Part shown: piece after piece, positions 1 through 8,673 of the stretch
Layout: the number at the start of each line of letters is the position of its first letter
Numbering within the stretch: position 1 is the first letter of the stretch
NCBI GenBank assembly: GCA_963770565.1
Contig: CAVYQE010000001.1
Span: 1,024,001-1,088,000 of the forward strand
Source of the DNA: an uncultured Actinomycetota bacterium
GTDB taxonomy: Bacteria > Actinomycetota > Actinomycetes > JAFAQI01
Length of the DNA: 64,000 bases
Direction: 5' to 3'
The notes under the pieces: generated by a model
The model's database searches: none
Told to the model about the DNA's origin: nothing
What the model saw: only the letters and a program-made list of their open reading frames with translations
Position numbers and translations under genes: made by a program

Positions 1-2
1 TC

Positions 3-71
3 GTCGTCGTCGCGAACATCATCGTCGACGTCGTCTATGCCTACATCGATCCGAGAGTCGCCGTCGCCTGA
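3..71 (+). CDS. ABC transporter permease (DppB/OppB-like), 3' end only
   Basis: Reads VVVANIIVDVVYAYIDPRVAVA*, matching the conserved N-x-x-x-D-x-x-Y-x-x-x-D-P-R C-terminus of peptide ABC permeases. Confidence 0.8.
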   Translation, partial: VVVANIIVDVVYAYIDPRVAVA

Positions 72-79
72 GCTTCCCA

Positions 80-124
80 ACGAGAAGGGCCGGCAGTAGC
101 ACCACTACTGCCGGCCCTTCTCGT
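80..124. terminator. Bidirectional intrinsic terminator hairpin between convergent genes
   Basis: Perfect 20-bp inverted repeat ACGAGAAGGGCCGGCAGTAG / CTACTGCCGGCCCTTCTCGT with a 5-nt loop (CACCA). Confidence 0.8.
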
Positions 125-132
125 CTGAGCGG

Positions 133-1233
133 TCAGCCGTCGCTGCCGCCGCCGTGACCGTGTTCGCCACCGTCGTTGTGACCACAGGGGTGGTCGTCGT
201 GGTGGTTGAACGCGAACGCAACCTCAGGGATGAGCTGGTTCGTGCCTTCGGCCAGGGTGCCGATGAGCAACAACTTGTCACCGGCGACGAGCTCGCTCGG
301 AGTTGCACCGACGTCACCGTTCAGGGCCAGCGGCACACCGGTCAGCGACACCGTGGTCGTGGTGCCGCGGTCGCGCACCGTGACGTTGTCGCCGCTGACC
401 GACTGGACCTCGCCGCGCATGAACGCCGGCGCGGCGGAGAAGGCGTAGATCGTCGACGCAACCACGGTGTCGTCCGTGACCTCACCGAGGATCGCAACGG
501 TGTCGCCGACCGTGATGGCACCTTCTGCACCGTCGACGGTGATCGCGGCATTGGTGTCGTCAACGGTGATCTGGTGTCCGTGGTGGTCACCGTCCCCGTG
601 GCCGTCACCATGACCGCCGCCGGTTCCGTGGTCGGCCGGCGTACTGTCCTCGCTGACCCCGTGGCCGTGGCCGTGGCAGTCCTTGCCGCGGTGGTGGTCG
701 CCGTTGTCGCGATCGTTCTCCGACACGGTGAGGAAGTCGCCGTTGACCGCGGTTACCGTGCCGAAGAGCAGGGTGGCGGACTCCGATGACACCGACTCGC
801 CGTCGTTGTGGCGGATTCGGAAGACGTGCCAGCTACCCTTGCCCCGCGCAACCAGTCGCAAGTGGTCGCCGGCCGGGATCTTGGTGCGGGCATGGGCCGA
901 GTGCGCGAAGACCAGCTTGATCCGCTTGTTGTGCCGGGTCGTGCCGCCGACCGTCGCGGTCTTGGCGAACACGGTGACGGTCCGGCCGTGGTGGGCGGCC
1001 ACGAGGCCCTTGAGGACGAGTCGTTTGCTGTGGTGCCGGCCGGCCGGATGCTTGGCCGCCGGGTGGCGGGTGGCGGAGTGAGTCGATGCAGCGTGGTGCG
1101 CGACGCCGGCCGACGCGGCTGCGGGGATCGCGGATGCGACCGCGACCGCCAGCGAGAATCCGGCAATGGCGAGGGTGGGAACGAGCGCGGGCGCCCGATG
1201 GCGCCGCGAGTGTCGGTTGAACGTGCCTGACAT
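133..1233 (-). CDS. Secreted His-rich protein with DUF5666-like beta repeats
   Basis: N-terminal signal peptide (…AIPAAASA); three G-x-V-x-x-x-x-G-x-x-x-T-V repeats; His/Gly/Asp-rich inserts. Confidence 0.65.
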   Translation of the reverse strand: MSGTFNRHSRRHRAPALVPTLAIAGFSLAVAVASAIPAAASAGVAHHAASTHSATRHPAAKHPAGRHHSKRLVLKGLVAAHHGRTVTVFAKTATVGGTTRHNKRIKLVFAHSAHARTKIPAGDHLRLVARGKGSWHVFRIRHNDGESVSSESATLLFGTVTAVNGDFLTVSENDRDNGDHHRGKDCHGHGHGVSEDSTPADHGTGGGHGDGHGDGDHHGHQITVDDTNAAITVDGAEGAITVGDTVAILGEVTDDTVVASTIYAFSAAPAFMRGEVQSVSGDNVTVRDRGTTTTVSLTGVPLALNGDVGATPSELVAGDKLLLIGTLAEGTNQLIPEVAFAFNHHDDHPCGHNDGGEHGHGGGSDG

Positions 1234-1380
1234 GAAGTCCTCCTGGCTAGGTCGGTTACGCGCTGACCTTCACGGCTGTCATCGCCGGTGGCCGCCCCGG
1301 GGATACGGGCAGGGGCGGCTTCGGGGTCGGCAAACGGGTGAACCTGGTGGGATCGCCGCTGGCCGGGGAGGATCTGCGTT

Positions 1381-1656
1381 ATGCGGGTACGACGCGAGCG
1401 GGTGCCACCTCGGCCGCGCCTGGACTACCACGACCCCACGGCCGGGATCGGCGGTGCGGCGCCGGCGGCGAGCGCGCTCACCCTGCGGCTGTGGCTGGCC
1501 TCCGCCGCCGTGATCGGATCTCTCGCGGCGATCGGCCTGACCGTTGCCGTCGGCGGCCCGGGCTGGTTGGTCGTCGTACTCGCCCTGGCCGCGCTGTCGG
1601 CGGTCGTGGACCTGGTCGTGATCACGCGCCGGAAGCGGGCCGGCGAGGCGGGATGA
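1381..1656 (+). CDS. Small membrane protein, DUF6343-like
   Basis: DYHDPTAG…SALTLRLWLA motif followed by two hydrophobic helices and a basic tail. Confidence 0.6.
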   Translation: MRVRRERVPPRPRLDYHDPTAGIGGAAPAASALTLRLWLASAAVIGSLAAIGLTVAVGGPGWLVVVLALAALSAVVDLVVITRRKRAGEAG

Positions 1657-1658
1657 GA

Positions 1659-1874
1659 TCAGCCGTCGGGAATCAGCCGGCGCACCCGTTCGATCACCGA
1701 GTCGAGATCGGCCGAGGAGTCGGCCGCCAGCCCGACGAGCAGGCAGGTCAGCGGCGCGGCCGGACGCGCGACGCCGTGGGCGACGTCACGGGCGAGGTCG
1801 AGGACCGCGTTGACCTCGATCGGGCCGAGACCGAGCTCGCGGCTCACCGTCTCGACCCACTCGTCAAGCGTCAC
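1659..1874 (-). CDS. DUF6457 protein (MobA-associated)
   Basis: LDEWV…VLDLARDVAHGVARPAAPLT motif; GTG start overlaps the mobA stop. Confidence 0.75.
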   Translation of the reverse strand: MTLDEWVETVSRELGLGPIEVNAVLDLARDVAHGVARPAAPLTCLLVGLAADSSADLDSVIERVRRLIPDG

Positions 1875-2440
1875 GCCAGCTCCTCGGCCCGGCTCAGGTC
1901 GGCCGGGGTGTCGCAGTCCAATGTCGCCGGGCGGTCTCCGTCCAGGCCCAGCCGGTGGACCGCTCCGGTTCGCTCGAGCTCGGCGAGCAGTGATCGCATC
2001 GGCATCCCTGACGGTACGTCGGGACACGCCGTGCGCAGGCGGGCGGTGTCGTAGCAGCCGATCAGCGGCTGGTCCTGACCGGACTCGTCGACCGCGATCG
2101 CGGCCGCGTCATGGCCCTTTGCGAGCCGGAGCGTGTCGATCGCAGCTGCGGAGATGAAGGGCAGGTCGGCTGCCAGCACGACGACGGTCGGGGCCTCAAC
2201 CAGCGCGAGTCCGGCCGCCAGGGCGGCGACCGGCCCGCCGCCCGGTGGGTCCTCGCGGGTCCAGGTCACGTCGTGCGAGGTGGGCAGCGTCGGTCCGACC
2301 ACGATCGTCGTCGCCGCGCCGGACAACGCGTCGAGCGCGACGTCGAGCAGCCGCCGTCCGCCGACCGTGGCCGCGGGTTTGATGATGCCGCCGAGTCGTC
2401 GGGCTTCGCCACCGGCGAGGACGATCCCGTCGAAACTCAT
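1871..2440 (-). CDS. mobA: Molybdenum cofactor guanylyltransferase
   Basis: GIVLAGGEARRLGG…K, EDPPGGGPVAAL, AADLP and DCDTPADL motifs; downstream of a molybdoenzyme. Confidence 0.85.
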   Translation of the reverse strand: MSFDGIVLAGGEARRLGGIIKPAATVGGRRLLDVALDALSGAATTIVVGPTLPTSHDVTWTREDPPGGGPVAALAAGLALVEAPTVVVLAADLPFISAAAIDTLRLAKGHDAAAIAVDESGQDQPLIGCYDTARLRTACPDVPSGMPMRSLLAELERTGAVHRLGLDGDRPATLDCDTPADLSRAEELA

Positions 2441-2447
2441 CGTGACG

Positions 2448-4763
2448 TCACGAAGGGGGCACTGCGTGCGACCGGGCCGGCTCGAGTCGCAGCACGATCG
2501 CCTTCGACGTCGGCGTACCGCTCCGGTCCGCCTGGCTGTCGAGCGGGACGAGCGAGTTGGCCTCCGGGAAGTACGCGGCGGCGCAACCACGAGCGGTGGG
2601 GAACGCGATGACCCGGAAGTGCTCCGCGATCCGGTCGACGCCGTCGCTCCACTCCGAGTGCAGGTCGACCACGTCGCCGTCGGCGAACCCGACCTCAGCC
2701 AGGTCGTCCGGGTTCACGAACACCACCCGCCGACCCTTGCGGACGCCGCGGTAGCGGTCATCGAGCCCGTAGATCGTGGTGTTGAACTGGTCGTGCGAGC
2801 GCACAGTCTGCAACAGCAGCCGGCCGGGTGGGCAGCGCGGCCACTCCAGCGGGTTAACCGTGATCTCGGCCCGCCCGCTCTTGGTCGGCCAGCGGCGCTC
2901 GTCCCTCGGCGGATGCGGAAGCACGAAGCCCTCAGGCTCGCGGACCCGCCGGTTGTAGTCCTCGCAACCGGGGACCACCCTGGCGATCCGGTCGCGGATC
3001 GCGTCGTAGTCGGCCTCGAAGTCCTTCCACGGCACCGGGCTGGTGTCGCCGAACATCCGCTGGGCCAGCTGGCAGACGATCGCCACCTCCGACCGCAGCG
3101 ACGGCGACGCCGGCTCCAGCTTGCCGTTCGAGGCGTGCACGCGGCAGACCGTGTCCTCGACGCTGACGAACTGCTCGCGGCCGGCCTGCCGGTCGACCTC
3201 GGTCCGGCCGAGTGCCGGCAGGATCAGTGCTTCCTCACCGGTGATGCCGTGCGAGTGGTTGAGCTTGGTGGATACCTGCACGGTCAGCCGGGTACGGCGA
3301 AACGCCGCCTCGGTCGCGACTGTGTCGGAGTTGGCGGCGGCGAAGTTGCCGCCCATCGCCATGAAGACTTTGATGGCGCCGTCGCGCATGTGTCGCACCG
3401 AGTCGACGACGTCGGTGCCGTACTCGCGCGGGAAGCTCATCCCGAACTCGCCTTCGAGCGCGTCGATGAACGCAGCGGTCGGGCGCTCCCAGATACCCAT
3501 CGTGCGGTCGCCCTGCACGTTGCTGTGCCCGCGGATCGGCGAGACGCCTGCACCCGGCTTGCCGATGTTGCCCCGCAGCAGGAGCAGGTTGACGATCTCC
3601 TGGATCGTCACGACGGCGTGCTTGTGCTGGGTCAGGCCCATCGCCCAGCAGATGATGACGCGGTCGGCACTGATGTAGCGCTGCGCGAGCTCGTCGATCT
3701 CCGCCGCCCTGAGGCCGGTTGCCTCCAGTACGTCGGCTTCGGAGAGCTGGCCGAGATGGGCCCGGAACTCCGGCAGGCCGCGGGTGTGCTCGGCGAGGAA
3801 GGCGTGGTCGAGGATCGATCCGGGCGCGCGGTCGTCGGCGTCGATCACCCGCCGGCTGACGGCCTGCATCAAGGCCATGTCGCCGCCGAGCCGGAGCTGG
3901 AGGAACTGGTCGGCGATCTGGGTGCCTCGGCCCAGCACCCCAGACGGTCGCTGCGGGTTCTTGAACCGGATCAGACCCGGCTCCGGCAGCGGGTTGACGG
4001 CGACGATCGACGTACCCCCGCGCTTGGCTTCTTCAAGCGCGGTCAGCATGCGCGGATGGTTCGTCCCGGGGTTCTGGCCCATGATGATGATCAGGTCCGA
4101 CTTGGCGAAATCTTCGTAGCTGACGCTCGACTTCCCGACTCCGATGCTCTCGCCGAGGGCGACGCCGGTGCTCTCGTGGCACATGTTGGAGCAGTCCGGA
4201 AGGTTGTTCGTGCCGAACGCCCGCACGAACAGCTGGTAGACGAAGGCGGCTTCGTTGCTGGTGCGGCCCGAGGTGTAGAAGGCCGCCTGGTTGGGGGAGT
4301 CAAGCGCCTTGAGATGGTGCGCGATCACATCGAACGCGTCGTCCCACGACACCGGCTGGTAGTGATCGCTGCCGGCCGGCTTGTAGACCGGCTCGACCAG
4401 GCGGCCCTGCTGGCCCAGCCAGTACTCGCTGCGCTGAGCGAGGTCGCTGACCGGATGCTCGGCCCAGAACCCGGGCTCCACCCGGAGTACGTCGGCTTCC
4501 CACGCGGTCGCCTTGGCGCCGTTCTCGCAGAACTCGATGGTGTGGCGGTGCGGCGGGTCCGGCCACGCGCAGGAGGTGCAGTCGAACCCGTCCTCCTGGT
4601 TGACCCGGCGCAGCGTCTTGCTGCTTCGCCATGCGCCCATCTCTCGTTCCGCGTGCTGAAGGGCATGGATGACACCGGGTACGCCGGCCGCCCACTGCGG
4701 CGGCTTGCTGACCTTGAGGTCGTCGTCTGTGACGTCCTCGCGGATCCGCTTGCGGCGTGGCAT
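2448..4763 (-). CDS. FdhF/YdeP family molybdopterin oxidoreductase
   Basis: GFDCTSCAWPDP, EFCENGAKA, YTSGRTSNEAAF, NLPDCSNMCHE, RSHDQFNTTIYG. Confidence 0.92.
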   Translation of the reverse strand: MPRRKRIREDVTDDDLKVSKPPQWAAGVPGVIHALQHAEREMGAWRSSKTLRRVNQEDGFDCTSCAWPDPPHRHTIEFCENGAKATAWEADVLRVEPGFWAEHPVSDLAQRSEYWLGQQGRLVEPVYKPAGSDHYQPVSWDDAFDVIAHHLKALDSPNQAAFYTSGRTSNEAAFVYQLFVRAFGTNNLPDCSNMCHESTGVALGESIGVGKSSVSYEDFAKSDLIIIMGQNPGTNHPRMLTALEEAKRGGTSIVAVNPLPEPGLIRFKNPQRPSGVLGRGTQIADQFLQLRLGGDMALMQAVSRRVIDADDRAPGSILDHAFLAEHTRGLPEFRAHLGQLSEADVLEATGLRAAEIDELAQRYISADRVIICWAMGLTQHKHAVVTIQEIVNLLLLRGNIGKPGAGVSPIRGHSNVQGDRTMGIWERPTAAFIDALEGEFGMSFPREYGTDVVDSVRHMRDGAIKVFMAMGGNFAAANSDTVATEAAFRRTRLTVQVSTKLNHSHGITGEEALILPALGRTEVDRQAGREQFVSVEDTVCRVHASNGKLEPASPSLRSEVAIVCQLAQRMFGDTSPVPWKDFEADYDAIRDRIARVVPGCEDYNRRVREPEGFVLPHPPRDERRWPTKSGRAEITVNPLEWPRCPPGRLLLQTVRSHDQFNTTIYGLDDRYRGVRKGRRVVFVNPDDLAEVGFADGDVVDLHSEWSDGVDRIAEHFRVIAFPTARGCAAAYFPEANSLVPLDSQADRSGTPTSKAIVLRLEPARSHAVPPS

Positions 4764-4777
4764 CGGGTCGACGCGCC

Positions 4778-5644
4778 TCAGCCGGTCACGGTCGAGATGA
4801 CCGGTCGGTCAGCAGAGTTGTGCACCCGGCCGGATCCGGCATAGATCACCATCGACGGACCTCGCAGGAAGCCGATCAGGGTCAGGCCGACCCGATCGGC
4901 CAGGTCGACGGCGAGTGCTGACGGAGCGGAAACCGCTGCCATTGCAGGGATACCGGCGACCGCTGCCTTCTGGGCGAGCTCGAACGATGCGCGGCCGGAC
5001 ACCAACAACAAGGTGGCGCGAAGCGGAAGTCGCCCCTCGCGCAATGCCCAGCCGACCACCTTGTCGACCGCGTTGTGCCGGCCGACGTCCTCGCGCAGGA
5101 CCAGCAGTTGCCCTGACGCGACGTCGAAGAGCGCGGCCGCATGCAAGCCGCCGGTCCGCTCGAAGACCTGCTGTGCCGCGCGCAGCTGATCGGGCAGGGT
5201 GGCGATCCACTCGGCGTCGAGGTTGGTCTCGTCGGCGCGCAGGTCGTACGGCGAGGTGACCTCTACGCCGTCGATCGTCGCCTTGCCGCACAGCCCGCAC
5301 GCACTGGTCGTCACCAACGCGCGTTGGAGCGACGTCGGCAGCTCGTCGATGTGCGTCGCGAGGTGGGCGTCCAGGACGTTATAGGTGTTGTGTCCCTCGT
5401 CGTCGACGCCCGCGCAGTAGCGCATCTCGCGGAGGTCTTCGCGATGCCGGATCACGCCTTCGCCGACCAGGAATCCGGCCAGCAGGTCCATGTCGTCGCC
5501 GGGCGTGCGCATCGTCACGGCGATCGCGCGGCCGCCGACCCGCATCTCGAGCGGTTCCTCGGCGACCAGTGTGTCCGGCGCGGTGACGGTCGGTTGGCCG
5601 ACGGTCACCCGTGACACCCGCCTGCTCACCGTTACCCGTCCCAC
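4778..5644 (-). CDS. fdhD: Formate dehydrogenase accessory sulfurtransferase
   Basis: EEPLE, TMRTPGDD, SACGLCGK, TGGLHAAA, REDVGRHNAVDK, SGRASFEL. Confidence 0.92.
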   Translation of the reverse strand: MGRVTVSRRVSRVTVGQPTVTAPDTLVAEEPLEMRVGGRAIAVTMRTPGDDMDLLAGFLVGEGVIRHREDLREMRYCAGVDDEGHNTYNVLDAHLATHIDELPTSLQRALVTTSACGLCGKATIDGVEVTSPYDLRADETNLDAEWIATLPDQLRAAQQVFERTGGLHAAALFDVASGQLLVLREDVGRHNAVDKVVGWALREGRLPLRATLLLVSGRASFELAQKAAVAGIPAMAAVSAPSALAVDLADRVGLTLIGFLRGPSMVIYAGSGRVHNSADRPVISTVTG

Positions 5645-5698
5645 GCCCCAAGTGTGCCCCAGAGGCCGTTGGGTATGCCCGCCCGTCCGGCTCGTGGG

Positions 5699-6130
5699 CT
5701 AGCTGATCGGCTCGCAGACGACCACCGGGATCTCGCGATCGGTCTTGCGTTGGTAGCCGGCGTAGTTGGAGTGCGCCGAGGTGATCTGTGGCCACAGCTC
5801 GGCTCGCTCGTCAGAGTCGGCGATGTGGGCCCGCATCCTGCGGGTCGAACCCTCCATCGTGACCTCGACCTCGGGCGTCTTGCGCAGGTTCTGACACCAC
5901 GAAGGTTCGCGATCGTCGCCGCCGTTCGATGCGACCAGCATCACCTTGTCACCGAGCACCAGCGGCGAGGTCAGCATCGTCGGCCGAGGCTTGCCGCTGG
6001 TCCGACCGGTGGTGGTCAGCTGGAGTACCGGCATCCCCAACGCGCGACCACCGATCCGGCCTTTGCTGGCGTTGAACAGGCTCCGGTGCATGAGGGTGAC
6101 GCTGCGGGACAGCTCGTCTTTGACGTTCAT
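5699..6130 (-). CDS. Deazaflavin (F420)-dependent nitroreductase family protein
   Basis: LTTTGRTSGKPR, VASNGG…PSW, YAGYQRKTDREIPVV. Confidence 0.88.
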   Translation of the reverse strand: MNVKDELSRSVTLMHRSLFNASKGRIGGRALGMPVLQLTTTGRTSGKPRPTMLTSPLVLGDKVMLVASNGGDDREPSWCQNLRKTPEVEVTMEGSTRRMRAHIADSDERAELWPQITSAHSNYAGYQRKTDREIPVVVCEPIS

Positions 6131-6236
6131 GGATCCATGATCGCGCACCGATTCGGCCGGTTGCCACTGGTGCGCGTTGTCCACGGGGACGGCGTTGGTT
6201 TCCGTTGTCCACAAAGGGCTTCTTCGTGCTGCCAGA

Positions 6237-6258
6237 TGTCGGCGGTCGGCAGTAGATT
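6237..6258 (+). promoter_or_regulatory. PafBC / RecA-NDp DNA-damage promoter motif
   Basis: TGTCGG-N10-TAGATT matches TGTCGG-N10-TA-N3-T exactly, upstream of DUF222-HNH. Confidence 0.7.
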
Positions 6259-6269
6259 CTGTTTGGGAG

Positions 6270-6285
6270 TCGAACATACGTTCGA
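6270..6285. promoter_or_regulatory. LexA (SOS) box
   Basis: TCGAACATACGTTCGA matches the actinobacterial TCGAAC-N4-GTTCGA consensus perfectly. Confidence 0.85.
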
Positions 6286-6336
6286 TCAGCGGGCGCGTCG
6301 AGAGTCGCGTCCAAGTGCAGGGATGAGGTGAGGTCG

Positions 6337-7497
6337 ATGTCGGAGTTGCTCTCCGTGCTCGACTCCCTTGCCGTCGATGACGTGCACGCGATGGCGGAGC
6401 CGACGCTCCTTGCCCGGACCGAGACGCTGCTCGCCGCGCGCAACAAGCTCGACGCCGAGATCGCTCGCTCTCTGCAGGCGCTCGACGTGCGCGATGTGAC
6501 GGTGCACGAGTGCGGCCGCACGACCGGTTCGTGGCTGGTCGAGGAGCAGCGGCTCTCCCGGTTGGAGGCAACCCGCCGGATGGGCGTTGCGCGACTGCTG
6601 CCCTATCACCCGGAGCTGACTGCGGGCCTGGCGACCGGTGACGTGTCGCACGAGCACGCCCGGCTGATCCTGGATTGCCTGCGCCGGTTGCCGAGCGAGT
6701 GGGCGCGAGTGGCCGAGCCCGAGCTGATCGCTGCCGCGGCTGAGGTCGATCCCACCTCGCTCGGCCAGTTGTGCCGGGAGCTCCGACTGCGTTCGGGCGC
6801 CGATGAGGATGCCGAGGCCGTCGCCCAGCGGATGTTCCGCGATCGGTGGCTACGACTGTCGACGACCTTTCAGGGCATGGTGCATCTCGAGGGAATGTTG
6901 GATCCCGAGTCCGCTGCGATCGTGACCACGGCGATCACGCCGTTGCTCGCCACCGTCGGCGCTGAGGACCACCGCGACTCGGGTCAGCGTCGAGCCGATG
7001 CCCTCGTCGAGCTCGCCCGGATGGCGCTGGCGGGCGGCAAGCTGCCGGACCACGGCGGGGACCGTCCGCAGATTGTGGTGAGCATCCCGTGGGGGGAGCT
7101 GCGCGACGGCGTTTCGGCCGGGCAGCTGCCGTCCGCAACGCTGAATGGCACGCCGCTCACGCCGGCGATCGCCCGGCGGATCGCATGTGACGCGGGGTTC
7201 ATCCCGGCAGTGCTCGGCGGGCCGTCCGAGATCCTCGACCTCGGCCGTTCGCAGCGCAGTTTCAGCCGCGCACAACGCCGCGCCGCCGCCCTTCGCGACA
7301 AGGGCTGCGTGTTTCCGCAATGCAGGGTCGGCCTCGACCGCTGCCAGTTGCATCACCTGGACTTTTGGGAGTACGGCGGCAAGACGAATCTGCGCGACAG
7401 CGCTTACGTGTGCACGTTCCACCATTGGCTCGTCCACCACACCAGTTGGGTCATCATCCGCAACGCCCAGGGCCGGATCGAGGTCCGACGAACGTGA
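6337..7497 (+). CDS. DUF222 domain HNH endonuclease (13E12-repeat-like)
   Basis: QRRADALVEL, RRIACDA, LDLGRSQR, RDKGCVFPQC…CQLHHL…GGKTNL…CTFHH. Confidence 0.9.
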   Translation: MSELLSVLDSLAVDDVHAMAEPTLLARTETLLAARNKLDAEIARSLQALDVRDVTVHECGRTTGSWLVEEQRLSRLEATRRMGVARLLPYHPELTAGLATGDVSHEHARLILDCLRRLPSEWARVAEPELIAAAAEVDPTSLGQLCRELRLRSGADEDAEAVAQRMFRDRWLRLSTTFQGMVHLEGMLDPESAAIVTTAITPLLATVGAEDHRDSGQRRADALVELARMALAGGKLPDHGGDRPQIVVSIPWGELRDGVSAGQLPSATLNGTPLTPAIARRIACDAGFIPAVLGGPSEILDLGRSQRSFSRAQRRAAALRDKGCVFPQCRVGLDRCQLHHLDFWEYGGKTNLRDSAYVCTFHHWLVHHTSWVIIRNAQGRIEVRRT

Positions 7498-7512
7498 TTC
7501 CTCGGTCGTGCG

Positions 7513-8673
7513 CTATTGCAGCTGTTCGAGCACGGAGCGACCCACTTCGGTCAAGGTCGCCTCCGGTGCGAGCGGGTGGGTGATGCCGGCGCGGACGTCG
7601 CGCAGCGCCTGCTCGTAGGGCTGGCGCCGGAAGTACGACATGCTGCCGAGCATCTCCATCGCGGTTTCGACCATGGCAATCGAGCTCAGCACGATCTGCC
7701 GCTTGGCCAGCATCGTGGCGCGAAAATGCACTTCGGTGAGGAGCGAGTCATCCGTCGTCCGGCGCAGCAGGCCTTCGAGGGCCCACCACGCCAGCCGCGA
7801 TTCCTGACTGAGCGCGCCGACGTGCCGATAGGTGATCGGGTCGTCGGGGTGCCGACCCTTGGTGACGTCGGTGAGCGCGCGTTCCCGGATGCCGTCGCCG
7901 GCGCCGAGATAGACCGCGGCGATCACCGTGAGCGCGATCAACAATCCGGGCGCCCGATGCGTGGTGCGATGCCGATCGGCGGGCTTGATCTCGCTCTCGA
8001 GTTCGTGCGTGCCGGTGATGTCGTCCTCGGGGACGAAGACGTCCTTGATCCCGATCCCGTTGCTCCCCGAGCCGCGCATGCCCATCGCATCCCAGGTATC
8101 GAGCACCTCGACGCCGGGTGCACTCATCGTGATCAGGACCGACGCAGCGACCGGCCCGCGCTGGTCGTCGATCAGGATCGGGGTCGCCAGGACGTCGGCG
8201 CCGGGGCAGCCGCTCGCCAGGCCCTTGCGACCGTTGAGTCGTAGCCCGCCGTCGACCCGGCTCGCGGTCACTCCGGGGTTGAGCGGGTCCGACGTACCGC
8301 TCGAGCACAGGATCAGGCCATCCGCGATCCGGCGTAGTGCGGACTCGACACCGGTATCGCCGCGGCGCCAGCGGCGCGCCATCGACAACACGGTGTGCTG
8401 GTGCATCGAGATTGCGAGGGAGGTATTCACGCACCCGGCGGCCATCGCGGCTTGGGCCCGGCACACGGTCGAGAGATCGTGGCCCCCGCCGCCGAGCTCC
8501 CGCGGAACGGCAACCGTGCCGTACCCGAGTTCGCGGATCGCCTCGTAGCCTTCCGCGACGAAGCTGGCTTCGCGATCGTGGTCGCCGGCGAACGGTTCGG
8601 CATGGCGGCCGATCTCGCGGGCGATCGCGATGACCTCGGACGGATCGAGCGACCCGTCGCCGGCGTCGGTCAT
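7513..8673 (-). CDS. Acyl-CoA dehydrogenase-fold flavoprotein (possible flavin monooxygenase/oxidase), coupled to the MNIO gene
   Basis: VPRELGGGG, LNGRKGLASG, DTWDAMGMRGSGS, EQALRDVRAG; ATG overlaps the DUF692 stop (ATGA). Confidence 0.8.
   Translation of the reverse strand: MTDAGDGSLDPSEVIAIAREIGRHAEPFAGDHDREASFVAEGYEAIRELGYGTVAVPRELGGGGHDLSTVCRAQAAMAAGCVNTSLAISMHQHTVLSMARRWRRGDTGVESALRRIADGLILCSSGTSDPLNPGVTASRVDGGLRLNGRKGLASGCPGADVLATPILIDDQRGPVAASVLITMSAPGVEVLDTWDAMGMRGSGSNGIGIKDVFVPEDDITGTHELESEIKPADRHRTTHRAPGLLIALTVIAAVYLGAGDGIRERALTDVTKGRHPDDPITYRHVGALSQESRLAWWALEGLLRRTTDDSLLTEVHFRATMLAKRQIVLSSIAMVETAMEMLGSMSYFRRQPYEQALRDVRAGITHPLAPEATLTEVGRSVLEQLQ

Noticed and set aside
2133-4844. 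903-aa plus-strand ORF
   Set aside because: Antisense shadow of the FdhF/YdeP gene; long stop-free antisense frames are common in high-GC DNA and this one has no recognisable motifs.
2448-5644. Selenocysteine-containing formate dehydrogenase
   Set aside because: The ORF is continuous with Cys at the active-site motif (CSNMCHE); there is no in-frame TGA.
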